Shown here in pieces: positions 1-13,666 of a DNA stretch of 64,000 nt; position 1 is the first letter of the stretch, and each line of letters begins with the position of its first letter. A program made the translations under genes and the position numbers. The stretch is from Azolla caroliniana (Eukaryota > Plantae > Polypodiophyta), in NCBI GenBank assembly GCA_043228905.1, contig JBHGNT010000005.1, positions 20,150,001 through 20,214,000 on the forward strand, in the 5' to 3' direction. The notes under the pieces were generated by a model that worked only from the letters and a program-made list of their open reading frames with translations, made no database searches and was not told the origin of the DNA.

Positions 1-1464
1 CTTCTTCGAATCGGTGTCGTCGGCTCCGTTGTCCTTTCGGTAATGCCGACAATTCTTCCGGAAGTGCCCCGACTTCCCACAGTGGAAGCATGTGGGTCTT
101 CCTCTTGACTGCGACCGGGTCCCCGACTTCTCCCGTCTTTGCGGACTCCGGTTCCATTGTCTTCCCCGTTCCGATTCGGTGAGCAGCGCCTTCGAGTCGG
201 AGGCCGGTTCTTTATCTCTCCGACGCGCTTCTTCGTTCAAAATACTTGTCTTTACCGTTTGTAGGGACAAGTTATCTTCGGTGCAGGAGGTGCTGAGAGT
301 CACCACCAGGTTCTCCCAGCTTTCCGGCAATGTACACATCAGGATGATGGCCTGCATTGCATCCTCCAACGGGAACTTGATCGCCGCAAGCTGGTTCACG
401 AATCCCATGAACGTGCTTACGTGTTCCACCATACTCTCGCCGTCCCGGTACTTGAGGTTCACTATCTTTCTCATCAGGGAGGTCCGGTTCAACGCATTCT
501 TCCTCTCGTAGAGGCCCGACAGCTTCCTCCACATCTCATATGCGTTGGTGTCGTTCGCCACGTGTTGTAGAACGCTCACGTCGACGTATTGCCGAATGGT
601 TGCAACGGCTTTCCGGTTCAGAAGCCTCCACTCCGTCTCAAGTACCCCCTTGGGTATTTCCGACCTGTCGATCGGTTCATACAGGTCCCGAACAATGAGC
701 AGATCCTCCATCTTTATCTTCCAGTCGGCGTAGTTCTGCGCATTCAGCACCATCATCCCCGGCTGCCCGCTGCTGCCGCCTTCCATTTTCTGTGTTACCG
801 TCGCTCTGATACCAGTTTGTAAAAACAGTGCTCGGCCACAACCGAGGAATGGGATCAACTCACAAAAAAACAGGAAATACAAAATGCACAAAACAATAGA
901 GAGAAAGGTACACTGGATGTTTTACGTGGAAAACCCTAAATGGGAAAAACCACGGGAGTCCTCAAACTCCAACTATCACTATGAACAGGGATGTACACTG
1001 GTGAAGCTACAAGGCAACAACCTTGAGCTCACTGTCTTCGCCACAGGCGGCGGCAATACACAGAGGCAACGACCTCTTCGTCTCTCTCTCTCTCTCTCTC
1101 TCGGCTGCTCTCACTTCGCATGAAAAATTAAGCAACAACATAAACTGTTTGCCCTAAGTCATATTTATACACATATGACTTTCGGGCTATTTACAAATAT
1201 AGCCTCAAGGGCTCTTGGCAAACATATTCACAAATATGTCCCCGCATCCGGATCTCCCTCCGGGTACATTCGTCATCCGGCTCCGTAACCGGGGTCTTCA
1301 GCATCCGGCTCCGTAGCCGGGGTATTCATCATCCGGCTCCGTAGCCGGGGTCTTCAGCATCCGGCTCCGTAGCCAGGGTCTTCGTCATCCGGCTCCGTAA
1401 CCGCAACCGGGCTTGCCGTCATTCATCTCCGGACATCCCATCCGGAGGGACCGAAATCCCAACA
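1..1464 (-). mobile_element. Ty1/copia (Tork/Tnt1-like) 5' part: gag N-terminus, PBS and 5' LTR; continues off the left edge
   Basis: gag starts at ATG 786 and closely matches the intact element at 41023-45099. PBS TGGTATCAGAGC (tRNA-iMet) at 803-814. LTR 818-1464 with TG...CA ends. Confidence 0.93.
1272..1405. repeat. About five 27-bp tandem repeats (CATCCGGCTCCGTAGCCGGGGTCTTCA) in the LTR U3 region
   Basis: Units directly visible in the sequence. Confidence 0.9.
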
Positions 1465-4400
1465 TTGCAGACAGTATGGTTAGGATGCCTCCAACTGTTA
1501 GTCGATTAAGAAGAAGGAGAACGGTCGGCGATTCAAGCGAATCCAAGACAATTTGATTTGAATTGTTCTCCCACTGGCAACCAAGTTAATGTTGCCAAAT
1601 CCCGGTCGGGAGAAATGCTCTCCATGGAATTATCGACCGGTGAAATTCTATACAACACGTAAGATGCGCAAATGTGGTTGTTAGACTCTGGAGCTACATT
1701 TCATGTGACCCCCGACATCGAATGGTGCTCGGACTATTCGGCCGGCACCAGTGGCACAATTCAACTAGGCAATGGGCAAGAGTGTGTAATCATAGGGATC
1801 AACGAGGTTCCCATCCAATTGTCAAACAATAATACTATCACCCTACACCAAGTCTGGCACATACCCACACTGAAAAGGAGTGTGGTCTACATCGGCATGC
1901 TAGCCAAAGCCGGGTACAAAACGACTCTCAATGAGTCCTCATGGACGATTAGTCGAGGAAATCTGAAGATCGAGAACGGATACAAATACAATAACGGGAC
2001 AATAACTTGTGCCCACTGATGGCGATCGGTCCAAAAGATGTCGTGAACATAGCCGAATCGTCCGATTCAAACTTATGGCATGGCCGAATTGGCCATATGT
2101 CTCAAGCCGGACTGGACCAACTAATGGCAATCGGCTATATCCCGAAGCTCCAACGAAGATGGACTTCTATGAGCATTGTCGTTATGGGAAACAAACCCGA
2201 AGTCCACACTCTCTTCACTAAGAGACTACTTCAACCCCTAGAATTGGTCCACACAGATATATGTGGACCAATGCCCGAAAGGTCACTAGGAGGCTCCCGG
2301 TACTTCATCACATTTGTAGATGATTGTACATGGAAGGTCTGGGCCTACTCAATTAGGTCGAAAGACAAAGCACTCGTGGTCTTCTCTTGGTGGTTAGGTG
2401 AAGTAAAGAACCGACCAGGACACCGAGTAAAGACATTCTAGTCCGACAACAAAGGGGAATACACATGCCGAGCCTTCCATGTACCTGTCCAAAAAAGGAA
2501 ACCGGCATCAAAAGACCGTTCCCTATACTCCCACACAAAATGGCATCGTAGAACGGATCAACCAGACGATCCAAGAGAGAGTGACGACAATGCTCTAGCA
2601 CTCCGGACTAAAGCTAGAATTCTAGGCCGAGGCACTAGACGACTATTTATTTGATAAATCTATCACCGTCGAGGGTAGTATGGCTCGAAGTGCCACTGGC
2701 ACTATGGTCAGGGAAACAACCAACCTACAACAGGCTCCGCATATTCGGATGCGAAGCCTACGCCTTCGTACCTAGGAACAAAAGGACCAAGTTGGCACCC
2801 CATGCAACAAAGTGCATATTTCTCAGTTATGGAATCAATGGGGAATTCGACTATAGGTTATGGGACCCAAAGAACCGGAAATTGATCCGTGGTCTTCAAT
2901 GAAGACTCCATTCTATCCTCAAACCCATCCCAGCCTAGGAGAAGTGGCAAAAAGGTCTCCTTTGCCGAAGATACCATAGAGGACCGACCCAGTGGGCTGA
3001 ATTGGCGATCAGACAAATAGTCAAAATCGACCAAGCCAATCCCCTTGCCTTACCTGAATTGGCAAGAGGTCTACTAGTCGAATTTGATTTGACTAAGAGA
3101 TTGACAAGAAACAAAAACGATAGAGTCAAAATGACCAAGTCGCCCAAAAAGGCTAAAGTGCCAAAAGACTGAGCCGAACCGGCCAAGGCACAAATACCTC
3201 TGTCAATCGATCCCGAAGAAGGGGAGGATGACCAAACATTGCCGAAATCCTATACTAGGGGCGAGTCATCCCACAGGACTCCTGACGATGGTTCAAGAAA
3301 TACCGATCAACCAATTGAGATGATCGAAGAATTAGAATCAAAGATCTCGACACCCAGGAGATCCAAACGAGCTCGATGGCCGACAAAGTTTTATCAAACG
3401 GGGCTCGACTACATCAACTACATGGACGCATGCGAACCAAGCTCCTATGAGGAAGCTATAGTTGCGTCAGACGCCGACACATGGCTACCAGCCATGAGAT
3501 CCAAGATGGACTCAATCAAAGATAACAAAACATGGGAGCTGGTCAAATTACCAGCTGGAAGGAAGCCGTTACCCTGCAAATGGGTTTTCAGATACAAATA
3601 TGTATCCGATTCGGAGAAGCCCAAATACAAAGGTTGACTTGTCGCCAAAGGTTTCAAACAGGAACATGGGGTCGACTACGACGAGATCTTCTTGCCAGTA
3701 GTCAAGATGACCACTCTTCGGCTCCTACTTAGAGTTGTCGCGACAAAAGACCTAGGGCTTGAGGAACTGGACGTCAAGATGGCATTCCTACACAGAGACT
3801 TGGAAGAAGACATCTATATGTTTCAATCAGCAGGCTTCATAGCGACGGGGGAGGAAGGTCACCTCGTCTGCAAACTAAAGAAAAGCTTATACGACCTAAA
3901 CCAAGCACTATGAATGTGGTATTAGAAATTCGATACGTACATTCGACAGTTTAGCTATAGCCAATCGGCTTCCAACCCATGCATGTACACTCGGCAACTG
4001 GCTAATGAGTCCCGGATCTACCTGATCCTATATGTCGACGACATGCTGATTGCGTGGAGCAATCAAGCCGAAATTGGAAAGCTAAAGCGGAGTCTTCACG
4101 AGAAATTTGTGATGAAGGAACTCAGACAAGCCCAACACATATTGGGCATGAGGATCGAGCGAAATCAGAAGACAAAGACTCTCCGGCTCTCCCATTCCGG
4201 CTACATTTGAAAGGTTCTGAGGCGCTTCAATATGGAGAATTCGAAGCAAGCACCAACACCGCTCCCGACTTCACTCCGACTATCGAACAGAGACTCTCCA
4301 TCCACAGAAGAGGAGAGAAAGTTCATGAGCAGAATACCCTACGCATCGGCCGTAGGAAGTCTCATGTATGCAATGGTGGCGACCCGACCATATCTTGCTT

Positions 4401-5897
4401 ATGTCGTAGGGGTTGTCAACATGTACATGTCAGAACTTGAACGAAAGCACTAGGACGTTGTAAAGAACATATTCTGGTACCTACGAGGCACCGAAGATCT
4501 ATAACTGACATTCGGATAGGATAATCTAACCGAAGTCGAAGGCTTCACTGACTCCGACTACGTTGGTAATCCGGAGAATCCAAAGTCAACATCAGCTTAT
4601 GTTTTCACCTATGATGGTGGCGCCATATCATGGAGGTTTAAGTTACAAGACTTCTGTCGACAATAGAGGCCAAGTACATAGTTGCATCGGAAGTAGCCAA
4701 GGAAGCCATTTGTCTGCACCAACTATTGGCTAATTTTTCGGCTAAAGGCCGAATCGAGCCTCCAACGCCAACTCTCTATTGCGACTCACACAACGCAATA
4801 CACCTCATCCAAAATCCGGTATACCATGTTAAGACGAATCATATTGAGGTGAGGCACCATCACATTCGGGAGCTCGTCATTGAAAAGAAGCTCGAAGTTC
4901 GAAAGGTGGATACCGAGGTGAACATCACCTACAACTTGACAAAGCCCCTCCTAGATCAATGCTTCAATGCACTAAGAGGACATACGAGACTATATGTAGC
5001 CACATTCGACGTGGCAAAAGAGGCTCTATGGTTGGTCGCCTGGCATGCACGTTTCAACAAGCTAACTCCAATTTGGCCTCAATTGTCTATAGCGACAATC
5101 AAGGTGTTGTCGCTCCATCAAAAAATCCAGTTCACCACAATGCTTCGAAGCATATTGATGTTCAATATCACTTCGTTCGGGACTGTGTCACTTCAGGAAA
5201 GCTCAACCTTGAGAAAATTCCTACAACCGATAATGTAGCAAATGGGATGACCAAATGTCTTCCGGCTGACCGATTTCAGTGACTTCGGCACCAGATGGTC
5301 GTAAGAAGATACCAGTTTGATTGAATCAGACAAGAGGACGGTTTCGGTCAATCGGCTTCAACACTCTCAAATTTTGCCTTCAATAATCGGCAAGCCAATC
5401 TGGCTTCTACTTTCAGACATTGCCAATTCGGCCATAAGCCGATTTGTCCAAACATCCTTTTGTATAATCTATATCATTTTGTTTCATATCACAATTTTTT
5501 CATTGTATACACCCATTATAAGGGAGTGTCGAATACGGGTGTATAATGGACGTATGAATTCACACTGTCCCATTTGGACAACTAGGTTTAGGACAATTAT
5601 GTAATTATAGTAAAGGGCAGCTGCATTAGTTCAGTTCATATATAAATTGAACTTGTAACCTAGTTTGAATGTGGTTGCCTCTATTCTTTTGTAACTTGAG
5701 ATATGAATAATACAATTACAGCTTCTTGCCTCTATGTCTATCTCTCTCTCCCTAATGTTGCTTCTTGATCTTGATCTTTGTTCAGTTGCTTTTGGCTTGT
5801 TAATCTATTCATCTTATTACTGTCTTTGTCATCAACTTGGTGATCTTCATCACATAGTGTTGTTCACTTTTCGCATTGACGGCCTCAGATTCCAACA
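1465..5897 (+). mobile_element. Degenerate Ty1/copia (PR-IN-RT-RNase H and 3' LTR remnant); hosts the 1-1464 element and is itself inserted in the 5898-10099 element
   Basis: Motifs WLLDSGAT, LVHTDICGP, FGCEAY, CKWVF, LYVDDML, CDS..AI; many stops and frameshifts. Ends ...TTCCAACA at 5897, where the minus-strand host reading (DCARQVLRYV) resumes. Confidence 0.88.
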
Positions 5898-8800
5898 TTA
5901 CATACCTTAACACTTGCCTGGCACAATCCAGATGAATGTCGCGAGGTGTCTACATGAATTGGCTAAGGAGTCCGACCAGATAGCTGAGACTGGGCCGTGT
6001 AATGGTAAGATAGATCACACTTCCAAACAATTGCCGATAGTGAGTTGACTCACACCCTTTTGTGCCGAAGTCGGCAACTAACTTCAGGTTTCGATCGAGA
6101 GGGGTTGCCATAGATATGCACTTAGTCATACCGAACTTATATAATAAGTTTAGAATGTAGTGCCGTTGGGAGATCATGATGTCATTCGGAGTCTGAATTA
6201 CTTCTATACTGAGGAAGAATGGAGCTCTTTCATATCTTTCATTTCGAATAAGCTAGAGAGAAGCTTCTTGATATTGTTGATATCGGCTATGTGCTCTCCT
6301 CCAATGACCAAATCATCGACATATTTTATGATTAATAACCGTCCTCTTGAGTTGCTCTGGATTATCATGGAATTGTCGAATTTGGACATTCTAAAGCCTA
6401 TTTGATGAAGATATTGCATTATCTTTGAATGCCATGCTCTAGGTGCTTGCTTGAGGCCATTGAGAGGCTTCTTGAGTCTGCAGTCGGCAGTCGGATGTGA
6501 GCTTGACTTGAAACCAGGTGGTTGTACCATGTACACCTCCTCGCCCAATTCACCTTGAAGAAAAGTGTTCTTTACGTCCATTTGATGGAGGTGCTACCCT
6601 TTTGCTGCTACAAACGTGATCATGGTCTGAATGGTAGTCATCTTTGCCACTGGGGCAAAGATCTCTTCATAATCGACCCCATGGTTTGTGCATAGCCCTT
6701 TGCGACAAGTCCGTCTTTGTACCGGTTGACCCTGTCGTTTGCACTATACTTCACCTTGTAGATCCATTGGTAGTTGATTGCTTTCTGGTGAGGTGAAGGA
6801 GGAACAAGGTCCCATGTTTCGTTCTTGCTGAGAGCTTGCATTTCCTCATTCATTGCTTTGACCCATCATGGATCCTGAGCGGCTTCGGTTAAGTTTTCTA
6901 GCTCACACATAGTCACCACCTTCATCATAAAGGCATAGTGATATGCCATATAGTCGTTATCGCCGAATCAGCTCGCTGGGTTCTTTTCTCGACTAGAGTG
7001 ATGAAGTTTTTCATTTTTCATTATGAGAGCTTTCTTTGACCCGGGTTTCCTCATGATAGGCATATCAAATCCACTGCACTCATTGTTGAGTGAGTGAGCC
7101 AGTTCATTTCCGTCGAACTAATTGTCTTCATATTCCGGCATGTTGAGGTGTGTGTTGGCAAGTAAACTCCCGCCAAATTCCTTCTTGTCAAAGGTATGCC
7201 ATGAAGGTGTCAAAGAAGTATTCTTTACCTCTGTCCAACCAAAGACATCGTACATGCTGGCCAGTTTCTTTTTTGACTCCGTTTTTAAATTTTTGGAATT
7301 GTGTGAACACTTCATTCTTGTGGCACATCGAGTAGATCTAGGTGTCCCTGGAGTAGTCATCGATGAATGCGACATAGTATCAACATCCTCTAAATGTTTC
7401 CGTCTAAGCTAGACCCCACACATCCGAGTGGATTATGTCCAGGAAGCCTTTGCTTAATTTCTTTCTTTCAGAAACGGTTGTCGATGTTGTTTGCTGGTGA
7501 CAGTCTACACATACGCCCTCAATCTCCTTGTCCTTGAACATTCGAAATCCGATGATGACTACATGCCATTGAGCTTGTGGAGATTGATATGGCCGATTCT
7601 TTTGTGCCATAGCTCTATGTTGGAGTCGGCTTTATGAACCTTCACGAACATAGCCAAGTTCATCTCATAAGAGTCGAGAATGTGTTGAGAAATCGTTGCG
7701 GAAATTGATCACAATAAACAAACTATGTTGAAATACGAATTACAGAAATGCCAGAAAAAGACAAGATGAACAATGGCACACAGAGATTTACGTGGAAACC
7801 CTAAAACGGGAAAAATCACGGGTGAACAGATTCTTCACTATACAAAGTGGATATACAACACCAAGAGGAATACAACACTGTCGAGTGTATCAGCCGCACA
7901 GGGCTCTTCACGTCTGTTGTTACTCACACAGCTATGGCGCGGCTCACTCTTCTATCTCTGTCGTTCTGTTTCTATAGTTCTAACACTGTTCTATTCTCCC
8001 TAAAGTTTGCCCTAGTTACATATATACATATGCAACTTTCAGACTATTTACAAATATAGTTTCCCGAGTTGGCTATATACACGATTCCGGTTTCAGCTGA
8101 GGCTAATATCGGCTCCTGTTTTTCCTAACATCATCATTATTATTACCATAATAATAATAGTCGAATTCTCAAACAGTCGACTCACTGTTTTTGACTCTTT
8201 GACTGTTGGCTTTCCGAACAGTCGGCTCTTCCTTCCACTGGAGGGACATATTCCAAATAGAATGGACATTCGGTCTTCTCTTCATCCACGAGGTATGAGT
8301 CAACCTTCCTTCTCAATGAAGCACTTGTCGTGGTTGAAACGGACTTGCATGCCTTGTTCCACAATTTGGCCAATTGAGACCAAATTCTTCATTATGGTTG
8401 GAACATGTAGAATGTTTTTTATGTAGGTTTGTTCATAGTCTTTCCTGACTAGGACATTGCCAATATGTTGAATGGGGTGAATAGTGTCATCCCCAGTTTC
8501 CACATGACCGGGTCAGTTGGGCTTTCACAACTCACAGAACCAATCCTCATGAGACATCATGTGGTTGGACGCATCGAAGTCGACAAACCATACGTTTTCC
8601 GGACTTGAGGTGCTTGTTGGGCTGGATGCAGACATAGATTTCGCTCTGTGCGTCATTATGAACATTCCACCATAGTTGTCGTAATCAGAGTTCAAGGCAT
8701 AGTTAGTGAGTTGTTGGCTTGTAGACGCCAACTCACTTTTCTTCTTTCGGCACTCTTCCTCATAATGGCCGAATTTCCCATAGTATCCGCATTCAATCAA

Positions 8801-10099
8801 GTTGTTTTATCAGCTTGGTCTGGGATGGTAGCTCCCCCTTTTGCTGAACGTTCCTCGTGTGTTTTTGACTTCCTGCTGGTAATGGGAGTTGTGTTCATGG
8901 GTCGAACATTGATCATTTCAGCCTTGGCCGAATCGGCCTCTTCTTCCATGGTCGTGTCCTCTTCCTCCGTCTGAGTGCAAATAGAGCATATGTCCTAATG
9001 CATTGCTCCTCGTTTGGATGTGATTTTCTTCAACTAGTAGCATCGATTGGAGATCGATGAAAGAGTGAGGATTCTCCCGTGCAAGGATGGCCAATCTCAT
9101 TGTGTCGAACTAGGGTGCTAGGCCTGCCGAGGCATATTTGCACCATTTTGTTGTCATCAATGTTAAGATTGATCAAGCCGAGCGAGTCGCACAACTCCTT
9201 GATCTTCAAGGTGTAGCTTGTGATTGACATATCTCTTTGTTGGATGTCGTTCAACTCTTGACGGAGTTCAAGGTTTGGTGTGGTTGTGTTGGCCGCGAAG
9301 AACTTCTTGAGGTTCTCCCATGCCTCCTTTGGCGTCTTGGCCTCTCAGATATAACCAAGCATGTGATCGTGAACAAATGATGCCAAGCAATACAACACAT
9401 GGTTTGTCGCTTGCTCCCATGTCGGATAGTCGGCGTGTGTTGAGTTGGGTTTTGTTTCGTGCACTCATTTGATATAACTCTAATAACCTTGGCCGACAAT
9501 GTATTGGTGCATCTTGTATTCCCAAGATGCAAAGTTAGTTCTGTCAAGCTTTTCATTGGGGAGAGAGCTGCCCATCTGATTATTCATGATGCCAGAAATG
9601 TGTTTTCTTCTTCTTCTTCTTCTCTATTTGATGAACTGGTTCTTCTTGATCATCGACGTATAACACAACACAGTTGAATGTATTTAATCATGCTACCAAT
9701 AGCTCTGATACCATGTAAAGAATAGAGTGTATGATTCTTTGCAACAGAATGAAGATGCATGATGTGTGTGTGTGTGTGTGTGTGTGTAAGTGTATGTGTA
9801 TGTGTATGTGTGTGTGAGACAAAGAGTCAACACAGAATAGACTGAAAACACAAGAAAATAATCACCAACAACATACAAAGGAGAGGAAAAGGTGCTTATA
9901 TGGTCACCTTCTCTCTACGCTCTCTTACTACACCTACCTCTTGGGAAAGAGGAGGGAACTTAACTACCTACTAACTATGTGCCATAGAAGTTAAGTCTTA
10001 TGACACATAGTTATGGTACATTGTGGTGGTGGTGTGTCCACACATTTGTAGTCTTAGGATGTGTTCACACCATAGGGAAGTTGGGTTTGCTTCTCAACA
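5898..10099 (-). mobile_element. Degenerate Ty1/copia with 5' LTR (9714-10099) and PBS
   Basis: PBS TGGTATCAGAGC at 9702-9713. gag CGYYGKFGH, PR WFVDFDAS, IN HSDVWG, RT LKQAPRAW and YVDDL fragments. LTR starts TGTTGAGAAGCAA like the element at 35985. Confidence 0.88.
7683..8259 (-). mobile_element. Solo LTR (copia, related to the 818-1464 LTR) with 5-bp TSD GAATG
   Basis: GAATG at 7678-7682 and 8260-8264. Shares the TTTACGTGGAAA-CCCTAAA..GGGAAAAA.CACGGG motif. Removing it rejoins the host reading (..RG*REDRMSILDSYEM..). Confidence 0.85.
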
Positions 10100-10399
10100 A
10101 TAATATACAAGAATTAGTAGCTCAAGAGTTCTTGATGTCCATTTTTGCTTGTTTTGCCAACAAAAGGTTAAACAATGATTTGGCACTAACACAAGATGTC
10201 GAAAAAGGACATAGAAATCCTATAGAAAGAAAGGCGTGCACTTGGTACAACACACTTAGAAGTGAAAGCGATACATCTGCTTCATCTTTTGTATTGCAAA
10301 CTCCTGCGTCATTTGTTTCAAACCATATCATCATTTGATTATTCAAAACATTACATCATTGAATTGAATCTTCCATCCACCTAGCTTGTATTTTTCCAC

Positions 10400-10800
10400 T
10401 TGAAAGAGTTGCAGTAGCTATTAATTCACTTAGGTGTCAGGGCCTTTATGAAGAGGAATAAGAGATGAGTTACAATAACAAAGAGTAACAAACTTAATGA
10501 ATACCCTTGTCTAATTTATTTCAAAAGTGGAATGGGTCAATTAAGTCCTCCATTAAGCGTGACATGATAAGTTTAACCGGCCACGTATATATCAATCTTG
10601 ACATGTGCTTACCAAATCCCAAATGAGCCATTAACTTCCGCACAAATAACCAGTTCACATTATCATAAGCATTTTCTAGATATAATTGTACCATGACCAA
10701 TTCATATTTTGTCTGCTTAGCAAAGTGCATAGCCACATGCACATTTAGAATGTCATGTAGATTATCCCTTTAAGATACAAACCATATTGTGCTTGATTTG
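10400..10800 (-). mobile_element. LINE (L1) reverse transcriptase fragment
   Basis: VQLYLENAYDNVNW...LGFG resembles the L1 RT motif LDLEKAYDRVNW. Confidence 0.7.
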
Positions 10801-11522
10801 AGACATTAAAAACGTTGTCTAGTGCTAAACATTGATGTATTTCATATAGCATGCTATCTTGTGCGAAAGGTCTTGCACGTGTGCTTTGCCAAATATAAGC
10901 TCCAAACATACGATACTTCTTGTTAGCATTTTAAAGTGCAAAATTCCACAATGTACCGATAATTGATTCAATGGTCAAGGAAGCTAAATTTTGTGTATGA
11001 AAGCAATAGTAATGACACTTGATATATACACAAAATAAAATATAAAAGCTATTATATAATCAACCATTTGTTATTTTAGTGTCTCGAGTAAAATCCATAA
11101 TGAGATTTTGTTATTCCTAGATATTGTTGGTTTTTTTTCTAGTAGTTTATAAATAGATTTGCCACTATGTCGATTCAAATTGATCATGCTGAACAATTTA
11201 AAAGCCTAGCAAGTCTAGGTCAATCGTGGCAAAAAATGCATCTTTTTAATACATGGCAAGACCATGCCGATCATGCCAAACAAATACATCATGACCTTGT
11301 TTGAGTAGAATATTACATATCGCGTGTGCACACACACCCCCCTCTTCATGATATATTATTGAGGCATAGTAAAGTCAAGGTTAGCTTTAATCATTTATGA
11401 TATACTACAAGCAAAGAGAAACTGACTCATTAACTCCAGGTCTTTAAAGAATGGAACGCCTTTGGAACACGAACACACACGTTTTATGGACCAACGTCAT
11501 GTGACGCTAGGTTAGGATAATA

Positions 11523-11774
11523 TGTACATAAACTACAGTCTACGATTATAACACTATCTGGAATGCGAACAAACATGTTCATTGACACGAAATGAGAGTG
11601 AAGATTGCATAAACACATATGATTTGATTATACACACTTCCTTTATGTTGTACATAAACTACAGTCTACGATTATAACACTATCTGGAATGCGAACAAAC
11701 ATGTTCATTGACACGAAATGAGAGTGAAGATTGCATAAACACATATGATTTGATTATACACACTTCCTTTATGT
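11523..11774. repeat. 126-bp tandem duplication downstream of the CSLD stop codon
   Basis: 11523-11648 is repeated at 11649-11774. Confidence 0.92.
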
Positions 11775-11872
11775 TATTCAGGGGGTTTCAAGTTAAAATA
11801 ATGGAAAAAATGGTGAAGCCAAAATTGATGGGGGAAGGGGGGGTGGGGGGGGGTAAAGATAAAGAAGGTTCT

Positions 11873-13666
11873 TTACAAAGTGAAGAGAGATGTTGTTGGG
11901 CTATAGACATTGGTAAGTGTGACCCAAAGAAGGGCTATGGAGATGGAGATGAGACCAGCCCAAACCCACACAATGGTGGGCGTTCGGCGCCGCCGTCCCA
12001 TAAGCCCCTTGGCGAATGGGTAGAGATGGGCGAGCACCCAAAAGCTAAAGAAAACTCCCCCTAGGAACTTGCTCCACGAGGGATTGGTGCTATAGATGGT
12101 CCGAGCGGCGGCCACCGCCACACCCACAAGGTTCACCATCATGATGATGAGGGGCGGGATCATGAGCGCCGTCCATTTGACCTCGTAAAGTTCGGCGAAC
12201 GGGTCCGCATCGTCATCCCCGTCACCTGATGATGACTTGGATGTCAATGTGAAGGAGATGTCGATCCCCGCGACCACCTTGAGGAGGCCTTGTAGCACCG
12301 CCACGATGTGTGCGCTCGTGCCCCCGATCACCCAGAATTGCTCGTTCCGCCACCACTCCTCGAGAGTGATGCCCGCCCACCTCACCTCCAGCAGTGCCAG
12401 CCCGCACAATGAGAGCGTTATCACGAGCAAATACACGAGGAAGTACACGTCCAACGTTTGCACGATGAATTGGTTCGAGAAGAGCGAGAGCGCGGGGAGG
12501 AAGCAATAGACCATGAGGAAGATGGATGTGAAGGGATATATCCCCACATTGAGATATGCCACTCTTTGCAAGACCTTCATCCTCGGGCCCGCCAACAATC
12601 CGTTGTTGCGGGAGAAGAAGATCTCAACCGATCCCGTCGCCCACCGGAGCACTTGTTGGAGCCGGTCCGTGAGATTGATGGGCGCCGTCCCCCGGAACGC
12701 GTCCGGGTGGGTCACGCAATAGACCGAGCACCAGCCCCGGCAATGCATGCGGTAGCCTGTCACCACGTCCTCCGTGACCGACCCGTATATCCAGCCCACG
12801 CTGTTGCCCCACTCCGTCTTGTCCTCGTACCAGCAAGAAATGAGGAAGATCGCCTCGGCTATGGCCGCGGGGTCGAGCGGTGGACGGGGACCAGTGAGAG
12901 CCCCCGGTGGGCGGCAGTAGCCGGCCGACACCAGGTCTGAAACGGGACGGCCCCCATACTCGGCCTTCGGGATTGAGTCAAGGAACGCGCCCGAGCCGCC
13001 AAACACTTTGGGGACGAGGTTAAGCGCCTCCATTTCATCATCAATTTCGTCGGATGGGGAGGGTGAAGAAAACCCGTTGGGCAGGGGGGCCGTGGTGAGC
13101 TCGATCTTCTTGGACACGGTCGGGGCAGGCTTGTGACCACGGTGCCGCGGGCCGCAACACCAGCAGCACCACCACGAGCCATACTCTCGGAATCGCGGAG
13201 GGTCGAAGCCGTAGAGCGCGACACGTCGGAACATGCACCCTGTCCCCACATACATGGGGCCTTGGAGACCATCTAGGGCCCGCATATTCCCATCAAAGAA
13301 CACCGTGTTGTGATTGGCATACCGATCATTCGGGTCGATCCCTTCGAACCTTTGCGGGAATTGGACATAGCACACGTTTTGTCCCTCCGTCGCATCCATC
13401 ATGAAGCACACGCCCTCCCGAAGGGCCATGGAGTTGTAGATGTAGTGGTCGCAGTCGAGATTGAGGATGAAGGGGCCATTGGACATGACGGCCGAGCTCC
13501 GGACCAAGGCATTCATAGCTCCTGCCTTCTTGTTGTGCTCATAACCCGGTCGCTTCTCCCTCGACATGTATACGAGCATCGGCAACCGAACGTCCACCCC
13601 ATTCGTGTCCATATCATCGTCCAAGTCACCATAGATCGGGTCGCAACTCGGAGGCGATAGAATTAC
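11873..13666 (-). CDS. CSLD: CSLD exon 3 (catalytic C-terminal half and TM helices)
   Basis: Acceptor tttaag|GTA ATT CTA (VILSPPS); open to the stop at 11873; DCD, TED, QVLRW. Confidence 0.95.
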   Translation of the reverse strand, partial: VILSPPSCDPIYGDLDDDMDTNGVDVRLPMLVYMSREKRPGYEHNKKAGAMNALVRSSAVMSNGPFILNLDCDHYIYNSMALREGVCFMMDATEGQNVCYVQFPQRFEGIDPNDRYANHNTVFFDGNMRALDGLQGPMYVGTGCMFRRVALYGFDPPRFREYGSWWCCWCCGPRHRGHKPAPTVSKKIELTTAPLPNGFSSPSPSDEIDDEMEALNLVPKVFGGSGAFLDSIPKAEYGGRPVSDLVSAGYCRPPGALTGPRPPLDPAAIAEAIFLISCWYEDKTEWGNSVGWIYGSVTEDVVTGYRMHCRGWCSVYCVTHPDAFRGTAPINLTDRLQQVLRWATGSVEIFFSRNNGLLAGPRMKVLQRVAYLNVGIYPFTSIFLMVYCFLPALSLFSNQFIVQTLDVYFLVYLLVITLSLCGLALLEVRWAGITLEEWWRNEQFWVIGGTSAHIVAVLQGLLKVVAGIDISFTLTSKSSSGDGDDDADPFAELYEVKWTALMIPPLIIMMVNLVGVAVAAARTIYSTNPSWSKFLGGVFFSFWVLAHLYPFAKGLMGRRRRTPTIVWVWAGLISISIALLWVTLTNVYSPTTSLFTL

